A DNA stretch of 64,000 nt, taken from the NCBI GenBank assembly GCA_037144045.1, contig JBAWXN010000001.1:134744-198743 (forward strand), written 5' to 3'. Shown here one piece after another: positions 46,183 through 55,031 of this stretch; position 1 is the stretch's first letter, and every line of letters starts with the position of its first letter. The DNA comes from a bacterium. Its GTDB lineage: Bacteria; Patescibacteriota; Minisyncoccia; Phycocordibacterales; UBA1006. The position numbers were made by a program, and so were the translations under genes. Under the pieces are notes generated by a model, which saw only the letters and a list, made by a program, of their open reading frames with translations, was not told where the DNA came from and ran no database searches.

Positions 46183-46584
46183 TTAAAACGTTTGAGAAAG
46201 TGGTCTTGCTCCCTCTCCCTTTGGGAGAGGGTTGGGGTGAGGGGTTGATAATACGTGTCTGATCTTCTGAATAACGCTTTCTGGATGAGCTCGAAGTTCT
46301 TGGTTCGAAAATCTGAGACAGGTAATACCATATCCAGCAAGGTGTCGGCTTTTAGCAGTATCATAGGCTTGAGTATATTCGTGGTAGGGTCCATCTAGCT
46401 CCACGACAAGCATTTTCTCGTGACAATAAAAATCTACAACATAGTAATCAATTGAATGTTGACGTCTGAATTTATATCCAAGTTTCCTATTTCTGAGTAT
46501 TTCCCAGAGTAATGTTTCTTCAGGGGTGGTGTGACGCCGCAAAGATCTTCTCTTGATTAGTTCTCGTTCAAAGTTCCAGTACAT
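46183..46584 (-). CDS. DUF559 endonuclease-domain protein (Vsr/restriction-endonuclease-like fold), copy 1
   Basis: TPEETLLWEILRNRKLGYKFRRQHSIDYYVVDFYCHEKMLVVELDGPYHE is a typical DUF559 core. The last roughly 20 codons read through the left inverted repeat, so the real C-terminus is uncertain. Confidence 0.7.
   Translation of the reverse strand: MYWNFERELIKRRSLRRHTTPEETLLWEILRNRKLGYKFRRQHSIDYYVVDFYCHEKMLVVELDGPYHEYTQAYDTAKSRHLAGYGITCLRFSNQELRAHPESVIQKIRHVLSTPHPNPLPKGEGARPLSQTF
46211..46246. repeat. Left terminal inverted repeat of DUF559 element 1
   Basis: CCCTCTCCCTTTGGGAGAGGG (itself a palindrome) + TTGGGGTGAGGGGTT. Its reverse complement matches 46660-46694. Confidence 0.8.
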
Positions 46585-46659
46585 GCTACAAGTATAGGAA
46601 CATAATGCTCAAGTTTTGATTACTAAAGTGTAAAGAGGTTGTGGCTTTACTATTTTATT

Positions 46660-46694
46660 ACCCCTCACCCCAGCCCTCTCCCAAAGGGAGAGGG
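46660..46694. repeat. Right terminal inverted repeat of DUF559 element 1
   Basis: ACCCCTCACCCCAG + CCCTCTCCCAAAGGGAGAGGG. GC-rich in an AT-rich genome. Confidence 0.8.
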
Positions 46695-46699
46695 AGTAG

Positions 46700-47290
46700 T
46701 TACCTTTGTTTCTTAGCTTTAATAATTTTCAAAATGGCAGGGATTTTTTGAAAGTCTTCCATGAGGGTTGCGCGCATACCGCCATTGTAGAGTGCTGCAG
46801 CGGGGTGATAGAGTGGGAAAAAATATTCTGTGATAATATTAGGAATTTTTCGGTGTACCAATTTACCATGCGCTTCTGATATTTTAAGTTCAGGAAGGAA
46901 GTGATTCATCGAATGGCGACCAAGGAATATAATGACGTCAGGTTTAATGAAATTAAGTTCTGCATGGAGCCATGGTGCACAGTCTATTTTTTCTTGATGT
47001 TCGGGGTCTCGGTTTTGTGGTGGGCGATATTTTACAATGTTAGTAATATAAATATCTTCACGTTTCAAACCAATGCTTGCAAGCATTTCAGCGAGGAATT
47101 TTCCTGCACGACCAATAAAAGGTTTTCCTTGCTCGTCTTCGCTTTTGCCTGGCGCTTCGCCGATAAAAACTATTTTCGCATCAGGGTTGCCGTCACCAAA
47201 TACTGCCTGGATGGCGGTTTTTTTAAGTACACAAACACACTGTTCATGGTGAAGTTTTTGCAGATTGTCGAGTTCGGCTGCTCTGTTCAT
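46700..47290 (-). CDS. Uracil-DNA glycosylase, family 4
   Basis: GEAPG motif (FIGEAPGKSEDEQGKPFIGRAGKFL) and C-terminal HPAAALY. 196 aa. Confidence 0.85.
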   Translation of the reverse strand: MNRAAELDNLQKLHHEQCVCVLKKTAIQAVFGDGNPDAKIVFIGEAPGKSEDEQGKPFIGRAGKFLAEMLASIGLKREDIYITNIVKYRPPQNRDPEHQEKIDCAPWLHAELNFIKPDVIIFLGRHSMNHFLPELKISEAHGKLVHRKIPNIITEYFFPLYHPAAALYNGGMRATLMEDFQKIPAILKIIKAKKQR

Positions 47291-47354
47291 ATAAACAAGT
47301 ATATCAAAAAAATCCCTGACCAGTGTCAGGGAAAGTGTGTTCGCGTAAAAGTTG

Positions 47355-47801
47355 TTAAGCCTCGGTTTCTACAAGAAATTTTTCTTGTTTATAGCGAGTG
47401 CCGCCTGGATTCAGTGATCCTTCAGTGAGCAGGTCTTTATCAATAGCTACCACAGGTTTTTTCCTTTCAGGGGCTACTAATGAAACCGGTTGAGGTTTTT
47501 CTACAAGTGCCTGTTCGTAAGAATCTGCAGGTACTGAGGAATTTGTTTCCGCAACATATATCACTCGTAAAGCAACCGTTACCATGTTAGCAATGATTGC
47601 AATTACTGCCATTTGTATAAAAGGTGTTTCAAAGTCGAACCATTGAAAACCGAGTGCTGCAATCAGTCCAATACACAGCACAGAGGCGGCAAAAGGAATG
47701 AAGCGAGCTTTCTCGAATTCAGGGGTTCTAATAGTGGTTCCCAGTGTTAGTACGATACTGGCGAAAAAGGCGAAAATAAAAATAAATGGACTCATAAGCA
47801 A
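47355..47801 (-). CDS. Hypothetical membrane protein
   Basis: Three or four TM helices in the N-terminal 100 aa. No motif. Confidence 0.4.
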   Translation of the reverse strand: MLMSPFIFIFAFFASIVLTLGTTIRTPEFEKARFIPFAASVLCIGLIAALGFQWFDFETPFIQMAVIAIIANMVTVALRVIYVAETNSSVPADSYEQALVEKPQPVSLVAPERKKPVVAIDKDLLTEGSLNPGGTRYKQEKFLVETEA

Positions 47802-47825
47802 AACGTTTTTTTTGTATTAAATTGT

Positions 47826-48197
47826 TTGAAAGAACTTCCTTGTTTTATCAGGGCGCGAACACGGTCAAAAACATGGCATATGAGTATACCACATCTATTT
47901 AAAACAAGCAACTACCTTGATACTCACCCTATGAATATGCTACATTTCCCGTATATGTTTCAAAAATTTATTCTCAAAAAACTCATTGGCTCAAAATTAA
48001 AAGCAGCGGGAATGAACGATGCTCAAGTAGAACAATTATTAGATGTGGTTGCTAGTAATCCAGAATTTTTCAAGAAGATTCAAGACCAAGTAGAAGCCAA
48101 GAAAAAACAAGGTATTCCTGAACAAGCAGCCATGATGACGGTGATGCGTGAAAATCAAGCTGAATTACAGAAAATTTTAGCGGGAATTAATAAATAA
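47826..48197 (+). CDS. Hypothetical protein (start uncertain; possibly MFQKF at 47957)
   Basis: ORF with a helical, charged C-terminal half. No motif. Confidence 0.3.
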   Translation: MKELPCFIRARTRSKTWHMSIPHLFKTSNYLDTHPMNMLHFPYMFQKFILKKLIGSKLKAAGMNDAQVEQLLDVVASNPEFFKKIQDQVEAKKKQGIPEQAAMMTVMRENQAELQKILAGINK

Positions 48198-48201
48198 GAG
48201 T

Positions 48202-49311
48202 ATGTCACTCTCAATCGGAATTGTAGGACTCCCAAATGTGGGTAAGTCTACCTTGTTCAATGCGCTTACTAAAAAAGGCGTATTAATTGCTAATTATCCA
48301 TTCGCAACTATCGATCCATCAGTTGGGGTTGTTGCGGTACCTGATGAACGTCTTTATAAACTGGCGGATTTTTCGCAGACCCAAAAAACAATTCCTGCAG
48401 CTATTGAATTCGTAGATATTGCCGGGTTGGTTGCAGGGGCTTCACAAGGTGAAGGGTTGGGAAATAAATTCCTTGCGAATATTCGAGAAACTGATGCCAT
48501 TCTTGAAATGGTGCGTATCTTTGCGCTTGATGATGGTAAGGAAGCAATTAATCATGTATACGGTGAAATTGACCCATTACGCGATATAAAAGTGATTAAT
48601 ATGGAATTGATCCTTGCGGATATGGAAACCGTTGAGAAGCGCATTTCAAACCTTCAGAAGGATGTAAAACGTGGCGATAAAACTGCAGTACTTGAAGAAT
48701 CAATTGCAAAACGTATTCAAGAAGCACTCCTTGCAGAAAAGATGGCAAACACCGTAATCCTTACCGACGAAGAAGAAAAAATAGCAAAGCAGTTAAACTT
48801 GCTTACTCGCAAGAAATTCATTTATGGATTAAATAAACGATCAGGTGGAAAAAACCTTGATGAAACTGATCCTGAATTATTTACTAAAATCTGTAAAGAA
48901 ATTGAAAGTTATGGTTCTGAATGGGTGGTAATTGATGCAAAGACTGAACATGAATTATCTGATTTCGAAGGTGAAGAACGCGCCATGATGCGATCAGAAA
49001 TGGGAAGTGGTGATGATGGTATTGATACCCTTATCAAGAAATCTTATAAGCTTCTCGGACTTGCAACTTATTTTACAACCGGTGAAAAGGAAACACGTGC
49101 GTGGACTATCAAAGCAGGTTCAACAGCTCCCGTTGCCGCTGCCGCTATTCACACCGATTTCGAGAAGAAGTTCATTCGTGCAGAAGTAGTATTCTGGAGC
49201 GACCTCCTTGAATCGGGATCTATGGTGAATGCAAAATCTAAAGGATTAGTGCGCACTGAAGGGAAGGAGTATCTGGTAAAAGATGGTGATGTTATTGAGT
49301 TTAGAATCTAG
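48202..49311 (+). CDS. ychF: Ribosome-binding ATPase YchF (Obg-family GTPase)
   Basis: G1 IGIVGLPNVGKSTLFNALT, G-domain with a coiled-coil insertion, and a C-terminal TGS domain (AAAIHTDFEKKFIRAEV). Confidence 0.93.
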   Translation: MSLSIGIVGLPNVGKSTLFNALTKKGVLIANYPFATIDPSVGVVAVPDERLYKLADFSQTQKTIPAAIEFVDIAGLVAGASQGEGLGNKFLANIRETDAILEMVRIFALDDGKEAINHVYGEIDPLRDIKVINMELILADMETVEKRISNLQKDVKRGDKTAVLEESIAKRIQEALLAEKMANTVILTDEEEKIAKQLNLLTRKKFIYGLNKRSGGKNLDETDPELFTKICKEIESYGSEWVVIDAKTEHELSDFEGEERAMMRSEMGSGDDGIDTLIKKSYKLLGLATYFTTGEKETRAWTIKAGSTAPVAAAAIHTDFEKKFIRAEVVFWSDLLESGSMVNAKSKGLVRTEGKEYLVKDGDVIEFRI

Positions 49312-49312
49312 T

Positions 49313-49338
49313 AAAACCCCTCGAAATGAGGGGTTTTA
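49313..49338 (+). terminator. Rho-independent terminator
   Basis: AAAACCCCTCGAAATGAGGGGTTTTA. Confidence 0.8.
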
Positions 49339-49411
49339 GAGTACTTGACTTATATATTATATTGTGCTATAATAGTATCATTCTTTAACAAATCGCATAA
49401 ATATATAAACA

Positions 49412-49795
49412 ATGGGAAAAAATTCTAAAGGCGGAAACAAGGGTAGGCGCGATAGTAAGGGGCCTCATACCATAAGAAATACTACGCGCAAAATTAGGGC
49501 TACGCCTAAGTCAGGAGCAGTTACTCTGGTTATGTTTCAATCGCCAGAGCCAATCAATCTACTTGATACCTTGAAAGAAAAATTTCCTTTAGCTATTGAA
49601 GCTATCATTGGAAAATTTATTAATTTTCAGGCTATGAAGTTCGAAGAGGTGATTTCACGTATTCAGGTCTTTTTCAAGACTATGAACATTACTTGCGAAT
49701 TTCCCAAGGGAGTCAAAGATGTTGTAGTGATTCACGAGCTGATCACTGGTCCACTTGAAAGAGCGGAAACAGATTTAGCTAACCTTTCTTGGTAA
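49412..49795 (+). CDS. Hypothetical protein with a basic N-terminal tail
   Basis: 127-aa ORF, N-terminal GKNSKGGNKGRRDSKG. No motif. Confidence 0.35.
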   Translation: MGKNSKGGNKGRRDSKGPHTIRNTTRKIRATPKSGAVTLVMFQSPEPINLLDTLKEKFPLAIEAIIGKFINFQAMKFEEVISRIQVFFKTMNITCEFPKGVKDVVVIHELITGPLERAETDLANLSW

Positions 49796-49816
49796 TACCA
49801 TTAAAAAATTAAATAG

Positions 49817-49842
49817 AAAACCCTCACAGCAATGTGAGGGTT
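49817..49842. terminator. Bidirectional terminator
   Basis: AAAACCCTCACAGCAATGTGAGGGTT. Confidence 0.75.
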
Positions 49843-49859
49843 AACTAATGGAAAAAATA

Positions 49860-52304
49860 TTATTTCCTTTTTTTATCAGCGCTTGCCATAGCAATAAGTG
49901 CAACAACTTCATCGAGTGAAATTTCCATAGGATCAGTACGATCGGGAATGTAAATCCGTTTCATACCTTGCCGAATAAAGTTTCCTGATTTTGATTTCAA
50001 GATCTGGATTTCTTTTTTTGTTTTTGGATGAATACCTACAGTTCGTAGTAATTCAACACCCTTAGGAAGTGATTTAGGACTGTTTAATAATGTAACTGCC
50101 TGATCCAGGGTAATCGTATACGGATCAAACGGTTTTTTAATTGAACGGAAATCACGATTACGTCCTACGTAAGGCCCAAATCGTCCAATGTTGGCGATCA
50201 CAGGTTCGTGGGTTGTGGGATCGTTACCGAGTTCTCGAGGAAGTTCAAGAAGTTTTACTGCAAGTTCCAAAGTCATGTCTTCAGGTTTCATACGTGGTGG
50301 CAAACTTGCACGTCGTGGTCCCGGAAGCGTCTTTGCGGCTGCAATAATTTCTTTTTCTTGTTTTACTTTTTCCTTGTCGGCAGGTGTTTTTTTGTACCCC
50401 TTAGGCCAGGTGCTGAGCTTTGGTATAGGGATTGATTTACCGAGTTGTACATATGGGCCAAATCGTCCTGTAAGGAGGAAAATAGGTAAACCAGATTTTG
50501 GATGAATACCGAACGGTTTTTCATCGCCAACTTCTTGACCATCAATCGTTAAGGCTCCGTCACATTCTGGATAGCGAGTACACGACAAAAACTTTCCAGA
50601 ACGTCCGAGTTTAATTTCCATAGGGGCACCACACTTTGGACAAACGAATTTTGCATCAGCCATTCCAAGGTTGGTAATCTTAGGGATAGATTCTTTTGCA
50701 GTGACGTCAGCAATAAACGGAGTATAAAATTCACTTAAGGTTTTTTTATAGGTTCGTTTTCCTGCAGCAATATCGTCGAGTTTGTCTTCCATATCGGCCG
50801 TAAACGAATCAGAAATATAGTCCATGAAGTTCTGTTCAAGGAATGTTGATACGACATCACCAGTGTCGGTGGGATAGAGGGTACGTCCTTCTTTTTTCAC
50901 ATATTCACGTTCTTCGAGGGTACGCATAATAGATGCATAGGTCGAAGGTCGTCCAATGCCACGTAATTCAAGTTCCTTGATAAGTCCGGCTTCGGTATAG
51001 CGTCCCGGTGGTTGGGTTTGTTTACCGATGGCATCAAGTGATTCAAGTTTCAAAGTGTCACCAATAGTAAGTTTTGGAAGTTCAACGTCTTCACCTCGAG
51101 CAGCTCGATCAACCGTGAGCCATCCAGGAAATAGAAGTCGTGAACCGTTTGCGGTAAAATCAGGAATTTTTCCTGATGCGATATTTGCAACTAATCGTGT
51201 TTTAAGAAGCTTTGCGTCACTCATTTGTGACGAAACGGTCCGTTCCCAAACGAGTCGATAGAGTTCCTTTTGTTCGTCGGTTGCGCCAGCGTGATCAAGG
51301 TTGAAATGTGTAGGACGGATTGCTTCATGAGCTTCTTGAGCATTTTTAGATTTCGTAGCATAGGTTTTAGGTTGTACGTAGTCCTTACCGTATTTTTTCT
51401 CGATCAATCCAAGGATTTGTCCCTGAGCTTGTTTGGAAAGAGTGGTACTATCCGTACGCATATACGTAATATGTCCTGCTTCGTACAAGCGTTGTGCAAC
51501 TTGCATAGTTCTTGATGGTGAAAATCCGAGACGGGTACTGGCAGTTTGCTGCAAGGTTGAAGTTGTAAACGGAGCACGTGCTGCGCGTTTTTGTTCTGAT
51601 TCTTTAATGTCGGTTACTGACCAAGATTCCTTGTTTCCCAGTTCAAGAATGTGATCAACTATTTTTTTATCACGCGGTTCTTCAACACAGGTGAGTTTAA
51701 GGTCTTTATTAAATAGCCCCTCAATAACCCAAAAGTCTTCAGGAACAAATGCGCGAATTTCTCGTTCGCGTTCCATAATGATACGGAGTGCAGGGGATTG
51801 AACGCGCCCTGCTGATAATCCATACCGTACTTTTTTCCAAATGAGTCCTGATAGATCATACCCTACCAGTCGATCGAGTACGCGCCGTGCTTCTTGAGCA
51901 TGTACAAGTTGTTCATCGATTGCTCGTGGGTGTTGTAATGCTTCGGTTACGGCTTCCTTGGTGATTTCATGAAAGGTTGCACGTTTAATAGGAGCCTTGA
52001 TAGTTGAGTCTTTCAGTAGTTCTTGGAGATGCCAAGAAATGGCCTCTCCTTCGCGGTCGGGGTCAGTCGCAAGAATGATTTCATCAGCTTTGCGTGCGAG
52101 AGTTTGCAGTTCCGAAATAACACGACCTTTACCTGCAGAAATTTCATAGCGAGGAATAAATCCGCCGGGAATATCTATGGCGTCTTTGTTTGATTTTGGT
52201 AAATCACGTACATGACCAATAGATGCTCGCACGGTATATTTTCCGTCGAGGTATTTCTCAATCGTTTTTGCTTTTGAAGGGGACTCTACAATCAATAGTT
52301 TCAT
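49860..52304 (-). CDS. topA: DNA topoisomerase I
   Basis: Toprim (MKLLIVESPSKAKTIEKYL ... ATDPDREGE), catalytic Tyr region (ITYMRTDS), a C-terminal zinc ribbon (CPKCGAPM ... CTRYPECDG) and a basic tail. Start at MKLLIV; the ORF track starts at 52358. Confidence 0.95.
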   Translation of the reverse strand: MKLLIVESPSKAKTIEKYLDGKYTVRASIGHVRDLPKSNKDAIDIPGGFIPRYEISAGKGRVISELQTLARKADEIILATDPDREGEAISWHLQELLKDSTIKAPIKRATFHEITKEAVTEALQHPRAIDEQLVHAQEARRVLDRLVGYDLSGLIWKKVRYGLSAGRVQSPALRIIMEREREIRAFVPEDFWVIEGLFNKDLKLTCVEEPRDKKIVDHILELGNKESWSVTDIKESEQKRAARAPFTTSTLQQTASTRLGFSPSRTMQVAQRLYEAGHITYMRTDSTTLSKQAQGQILGLIEKKYGKDYVQPKTYATKSKNAQEAHEAIRPTHFNLDHAGATDEQKELYRLVWERTVSSQMSDAKLLKTRLVANIASGKIPDFTANGSRLLFPGWLTVDRAARGEDVELPKLTIGDTLKLESLDAIGKQTQPPGRYTEAGLIKELELRGIGRPSTYASIMRTLEEREYVKKEGRTLYPTDTGDVVSTFLEQNFMDYISDSFTADMEDKLDDIAAGKRTYKKTLSEFYTPFIADVTAKESIPKITNLGMADAKFVCPKCGAPMEIKLGRSGKFLSCTRYPECDGALTIDGQEVGDEKPFGIHPKSGLPIFLLTGRFGPYVQLGKSIPIPKLSTWPKGYKKTPADKEKVKQEKEIIAAAKTLPGPRRASLPPRMKPEDMTLELAVKLLELPRELGNDPTTHEPVIANIGRFGPYVGRNRDFRSIKKPFDPYTITLDQAVTLLNSPKSLPKGVELLRTVGIHPKTKKEIQILKSKSGNFIRQGMKRIYIPDRTDPMEISLDEVVALIAMASADKKRK

Positions 52305-52350
52305 AAATGTTCTATTGATAACATATAAGTAGGAGTGTTTGCAAATTACT

Positions 52351-52722
52351 TCACCCAATCCTAACCCGGTTCACGCAGTGAACCACCCTCTCCACTAGCG
52401 TGGAGAGGGTTTCCGAATTCTGTATTTCGCTGTTCAAAATTCTAATAGTCTTAATTCCTCGAGTGCTAAAGAATTTACTCCGAACGGAATCATATTCAAC
52501 TCCTTTCTCGGTGGTGTGATGTAGTCCGTCTATTTCTAGAGCTACTTTTTTTGAGTGGCAGTAGAAATCTACAATATAGTAACCAATACTTACTTGTCTA
52601 CGCCATTTAAGGCCAGATTTATTTTTTCTCAGTAGTTGCCACATAGTCTCTTCCTCGGGTGTTTGTTTTTTTCTGAGCTGTCTACGTTTTTTTAAATTTG
52701 TACCATCATTAATAAGTTTCAT
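52351..52722 (-). CDS. DUF559 endonuclease-domain protein, copy 2 (paralog of 46183..46584)
   Basis: TPEEETMWQLLRKNKSGLKWRRQVSIGYYIVDFYCHSKKVALEIDGLHH aligns with copy 1 at about 45% identity. Start taken at MKLINDG; the ORF track extends to 52779 through the right IR. The C-terminus reads through the left IR. Confidence 0.7.
   Translation of the reverse strand: MKLINDGTNLKKRRQLRKKQTPEEETMWQLLRKNKSGLKWRRQVSIGYYIVDFYCHSKKVALEIDGLHHTTEKGVEYDSVRSKFFSTRGIKTIRILNSEIQNSETLSTLVERVVHCVNRVRIG
52352..52410. repeat. Left terminal inverted repeat of DUF559 element 2
   Basis: CACCCAATCCTAACCCGG + GGTTCACGCAGTGAACC (palindrome) + ACCCTCTCCACTAGCGTGGAGAGGGT (palindrome). Inverted copy at 52748-52806. Confidence 0.8.
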
Positions 52723-52747
52723 AGTAGTTATAGAGCTAATTATTTGG

Positions 52748-52806
52748 ACCCTCTCCACGCTAGTGGAGAGGGTGGTCACCGCAGGTGACCGGGTGAGGAT
52801 TGGGTG
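52748..52806. repeat. Right terminal inverted repeat of DUF559 element 2
   Basis: ACCCTCTCCACGCTAGTGGAGAGGGT + GGTCACCGCAGGTGACC + GGGTGAGGATTGGGTG. Confidence 0.8.
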
Positions 52807-52811
52807 AAGTA

Positions 52812-53678
52812 CTACCTCCTCCTAACCACTCCTTCAGACTCACAAATAAACCCCTTCACCTCCATTTGAGTAATAAGTACCGTTGCTTTATGAATAGGGA
52901 GGTTTAGTTTTCGTATAAGGTCACCACGTGATTGGGGGTGCGTAAGGAGTTCAATAATGCGTTGTTCATCGGGATTGCATTGTGAAAACAGATCAAGCAT
53001 CGGCTGTTCAGTAACCTGAAACCCAAGTGCTTCGAGGATGTGCTCCGATGTTGTCACGGGTGTTGCGCCCATGCGAATAAGTTCGTTGGGTCCCTCGGAT
53101 TGTTGACTGAACATACTTCCGGGAACTGCAAGTACTTCGCGATTGTACTCTGTGGCAAGGCGCGCAGTAATACGAGTACCTGATTTATGGGTTGCTTCTA
53201 TGACCAGGGTTGCATGAGATAATCCTGCCAAGAGGCGATTACGTGCAGGGAATAACCAGTCGTTGGTTTTTTGATGTTCAGTAAATTCACTTACGAGGCA
53301 ACCACCAGATTTGAGAATTTTTTCAGCGAGGAACCTATTTGCACGCGGATAAATTATTTTTTCATCAAGTCCGGATCCTGGAAATGCAATAGTAGTTATT
53401 CCAATTTCAAGAGCTGCCTCATGGGCGATCGTATCAATACCGAGTGCGAGCCCTGAAACAATTACGATAGGGTATCCTCGCAATCCTTGAATCAGTTGTT
53501 TGCATGCTGCAAGTCCATATGATGAGTGGTTACGTGAACCAACAATAGTGAGAAATACTAATTTCTCATGATTAGGAAAAGTGCCACGAATCGTGAGTCT
53601 TCGAGGTGGTTGTGGGATATGTGCAAATAAGTCATTAATCGTACTCTCGGGTAGATAGTGGCAAGGGTAATCTTCCAT
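52812..53678 (-). CDS. dprA: DNA processing protein DprA (Smf)
   Basis: Rossmann-like DprA core (VIVSGLALGIDTIAHEAAL ... ATLVIEA ... SGTRITARLATEYNREVLAVPG) plus a C-terminal winged-helix-like domain. Confidence 0.85.
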   Translation of the reverse strand: MEDYPCHYLPESTINDLFAHIPQPPRRLTIRGTFPNHEKLVFLTIVGSRNHSSYGLAACKQLIQGLRGYPIVIVSGLALGIDTIAHEAALEIGITTIAFPGSGLDEKIIYPRANRFLAEKILKSGGCLVSEFTEHQKTNDWLFPARNRLLAGLSHATLVIEATHKSGTRITARLATEYNREVLAVPGSMFSQQSEGPNELIRMGATPVTTSEHILEALGFQVTEQPMLDLFSQCNPDEQRIIELLTHPQSRGDLIRKLNLPIHKATVLITQMEVKGFICESEGVVRRR

Positions 53679-53755
53679 ACTCCTTAGTATGATTCATGGT
53701 CATCAATAAACGATAAATTGCGAAATAGTGTTATTTTTGTTAGACTGTGCGCATT

Positions 53756-55021
53756 ATGTTAGACATTAAATTCATCCGAGAAAATCCGGAGCTTATTCGG
53801 GAGGCTGCTCGCAAAAAGCATATCAACTTTAATGTAGATGAATTAATATCCTCGGATCAAAAGCGTGTTGAAAAATTATCAGTAGTAGAATCGTTACGCG
53901 CAGAGCAAAACCTGGTTTCAGATAAAATCCCAAGTGCAAGTCCAGAAGAACGTCAGGCACTTATTGCTCAAATGAGTCTCTTAAAAGAAGATTTAAAAAA
54001 GCATGAGGAAGAATTAAAAGTTATTATGACGGACTGGCAAAAGCTGATGCTTGCGGTGCCCAACGTGCCAGATATCTCTGTTCCAGAAGGTGATTCAGAT
54101 GCCGGGAATATGGAAGAACGAGTGTGGGGTGATAAGCCTGCATTTAATTTCCCAGTGAAAGACCATATTGCATTATGCGAAGACCTTGATTTAGCTGATT
54201 TTGAACGTGGTGCAAAAGTTGCTGGGTTTCGAGGATATTTCCTTAAAAATGAAGCAGTGCTCATTGAAATGGCGTTGTGGCAAATGTTCAATGAAAAATT
54301 AGTGAATAAAGGATTTACGCCAATGATTGTTCCATCGCTTGTTAATAAAAAAACTCTCGTAGGAACCGGATATTTACCAGGAGGTGAAGACGACTTATAT
54401 CGCACTCAAGACGATGAATACTTAGCGGGAACCGGTGAAGTGGCAACAATGTCTTATTACAGTGATGAAATAATTGACGGTTCACAATTACCGATTAAAC
54501 TTGCTGCATTTAGTCCTTGTTTCCGTCGTGAAGCAGGATCACACAGTAAGGACACAAAAGGACTTATTCGTGTTCATGAATTCTTCAAACTGGAACAAGT
54601 AGTATTATGTGAAGCATCACATACAGCGTCAGTTGCGCTCCACGAGGAAATTACCACGAACGTTGAGGAACTCTTGCAAGAGCTCGAATTGCCGTATCAT
54701 GTAGTAGTGAATTGTGGAGGCGACCTCGGTCAGGGACAAGTGAAAAAATATGATATTGAAGTATGGATGCCGTCTCAAAATACGTATCGAGAAACCCATT
54801 CAGCGTCTTATTTCCATGATTATCAAACACGACGTTTAAATATTCGTTATCGTGATTCTGAAGGTAAATTACGGTTTGTGCATTCATTGAATAATACCGC
54901 CGTGGCAACCCCTCGTATTGTTGCGTGTATTCTTGAAAATTATCAGCAAGCTGACGGAACCATTAAAATTCCTACGGTTTTGCAAAAATATATTAATAAA
55001 GAACTCATTGTAAAAAAATAA
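53756..55021 (+). CDS. serS: Seryl-tRNA synthetase
   Basis: N-terminal coiled-coil arm (MLDIKFIRENPELIREAA) and class II motifs (FRREAGSHSKDTKGLIRVHEFFKLE, GDLG ... YDIEVWMPS, TAVATPR). Confidence 0.93.
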   Translation: MLDIKFIRENPELIREAARKKHINFNVDELISSDQKRVEKLSVVESLRAEQNLVSDKIPSASPEERQALIAQMSLLKEDLKKHEEELKVIMTDWQKLMLAVPNVPDISVPEGDSDAGNMEERVWGDKPAFNFPVKDHIALCEDLDLADFERGAKVAGFRGYFLKNEAVLIEMALWQMFNEKLVNKGFTPMIVPSLVNKKTLVGTGYLPGGEDDLYRTQDDEYLAGTGEVATMSYYSDEIIDGSQLPIKLAAFSPCFRREAGSHSKDTKGLIRVHEFFKLEQVVLCEASHTASVALHEEITTNVEELLQELELPYHVVVNCGGDLGQGQVKKYDIEVWMPSQNTYRETHSASYFHDYQTRRLNIRYRDSEGKLRFVHSLNNTAVATPRIVACILENYQQADGTIKIPTVLQKYINKELIVKK

Positions 55022-55031
55022 TTACTTCCTT

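Noticed and set aside
50141-51654. Several 60-105 aa plus-strand ORFs within topA
   Set aside because: They lie inside the 815-aa topA reading frame on the opposite strand and are random open frames.
52723-52779. N-terminal extension of DUF559 copy 2 (MTTLSTSVERVQIISSITT)
   Set aside because: It is encoded by the right inverted repeat palindrome (LSTSVER = CTCTCCACGCTAGTGGAGAGG). The alignment with copy 1 starts at MKLINDG.
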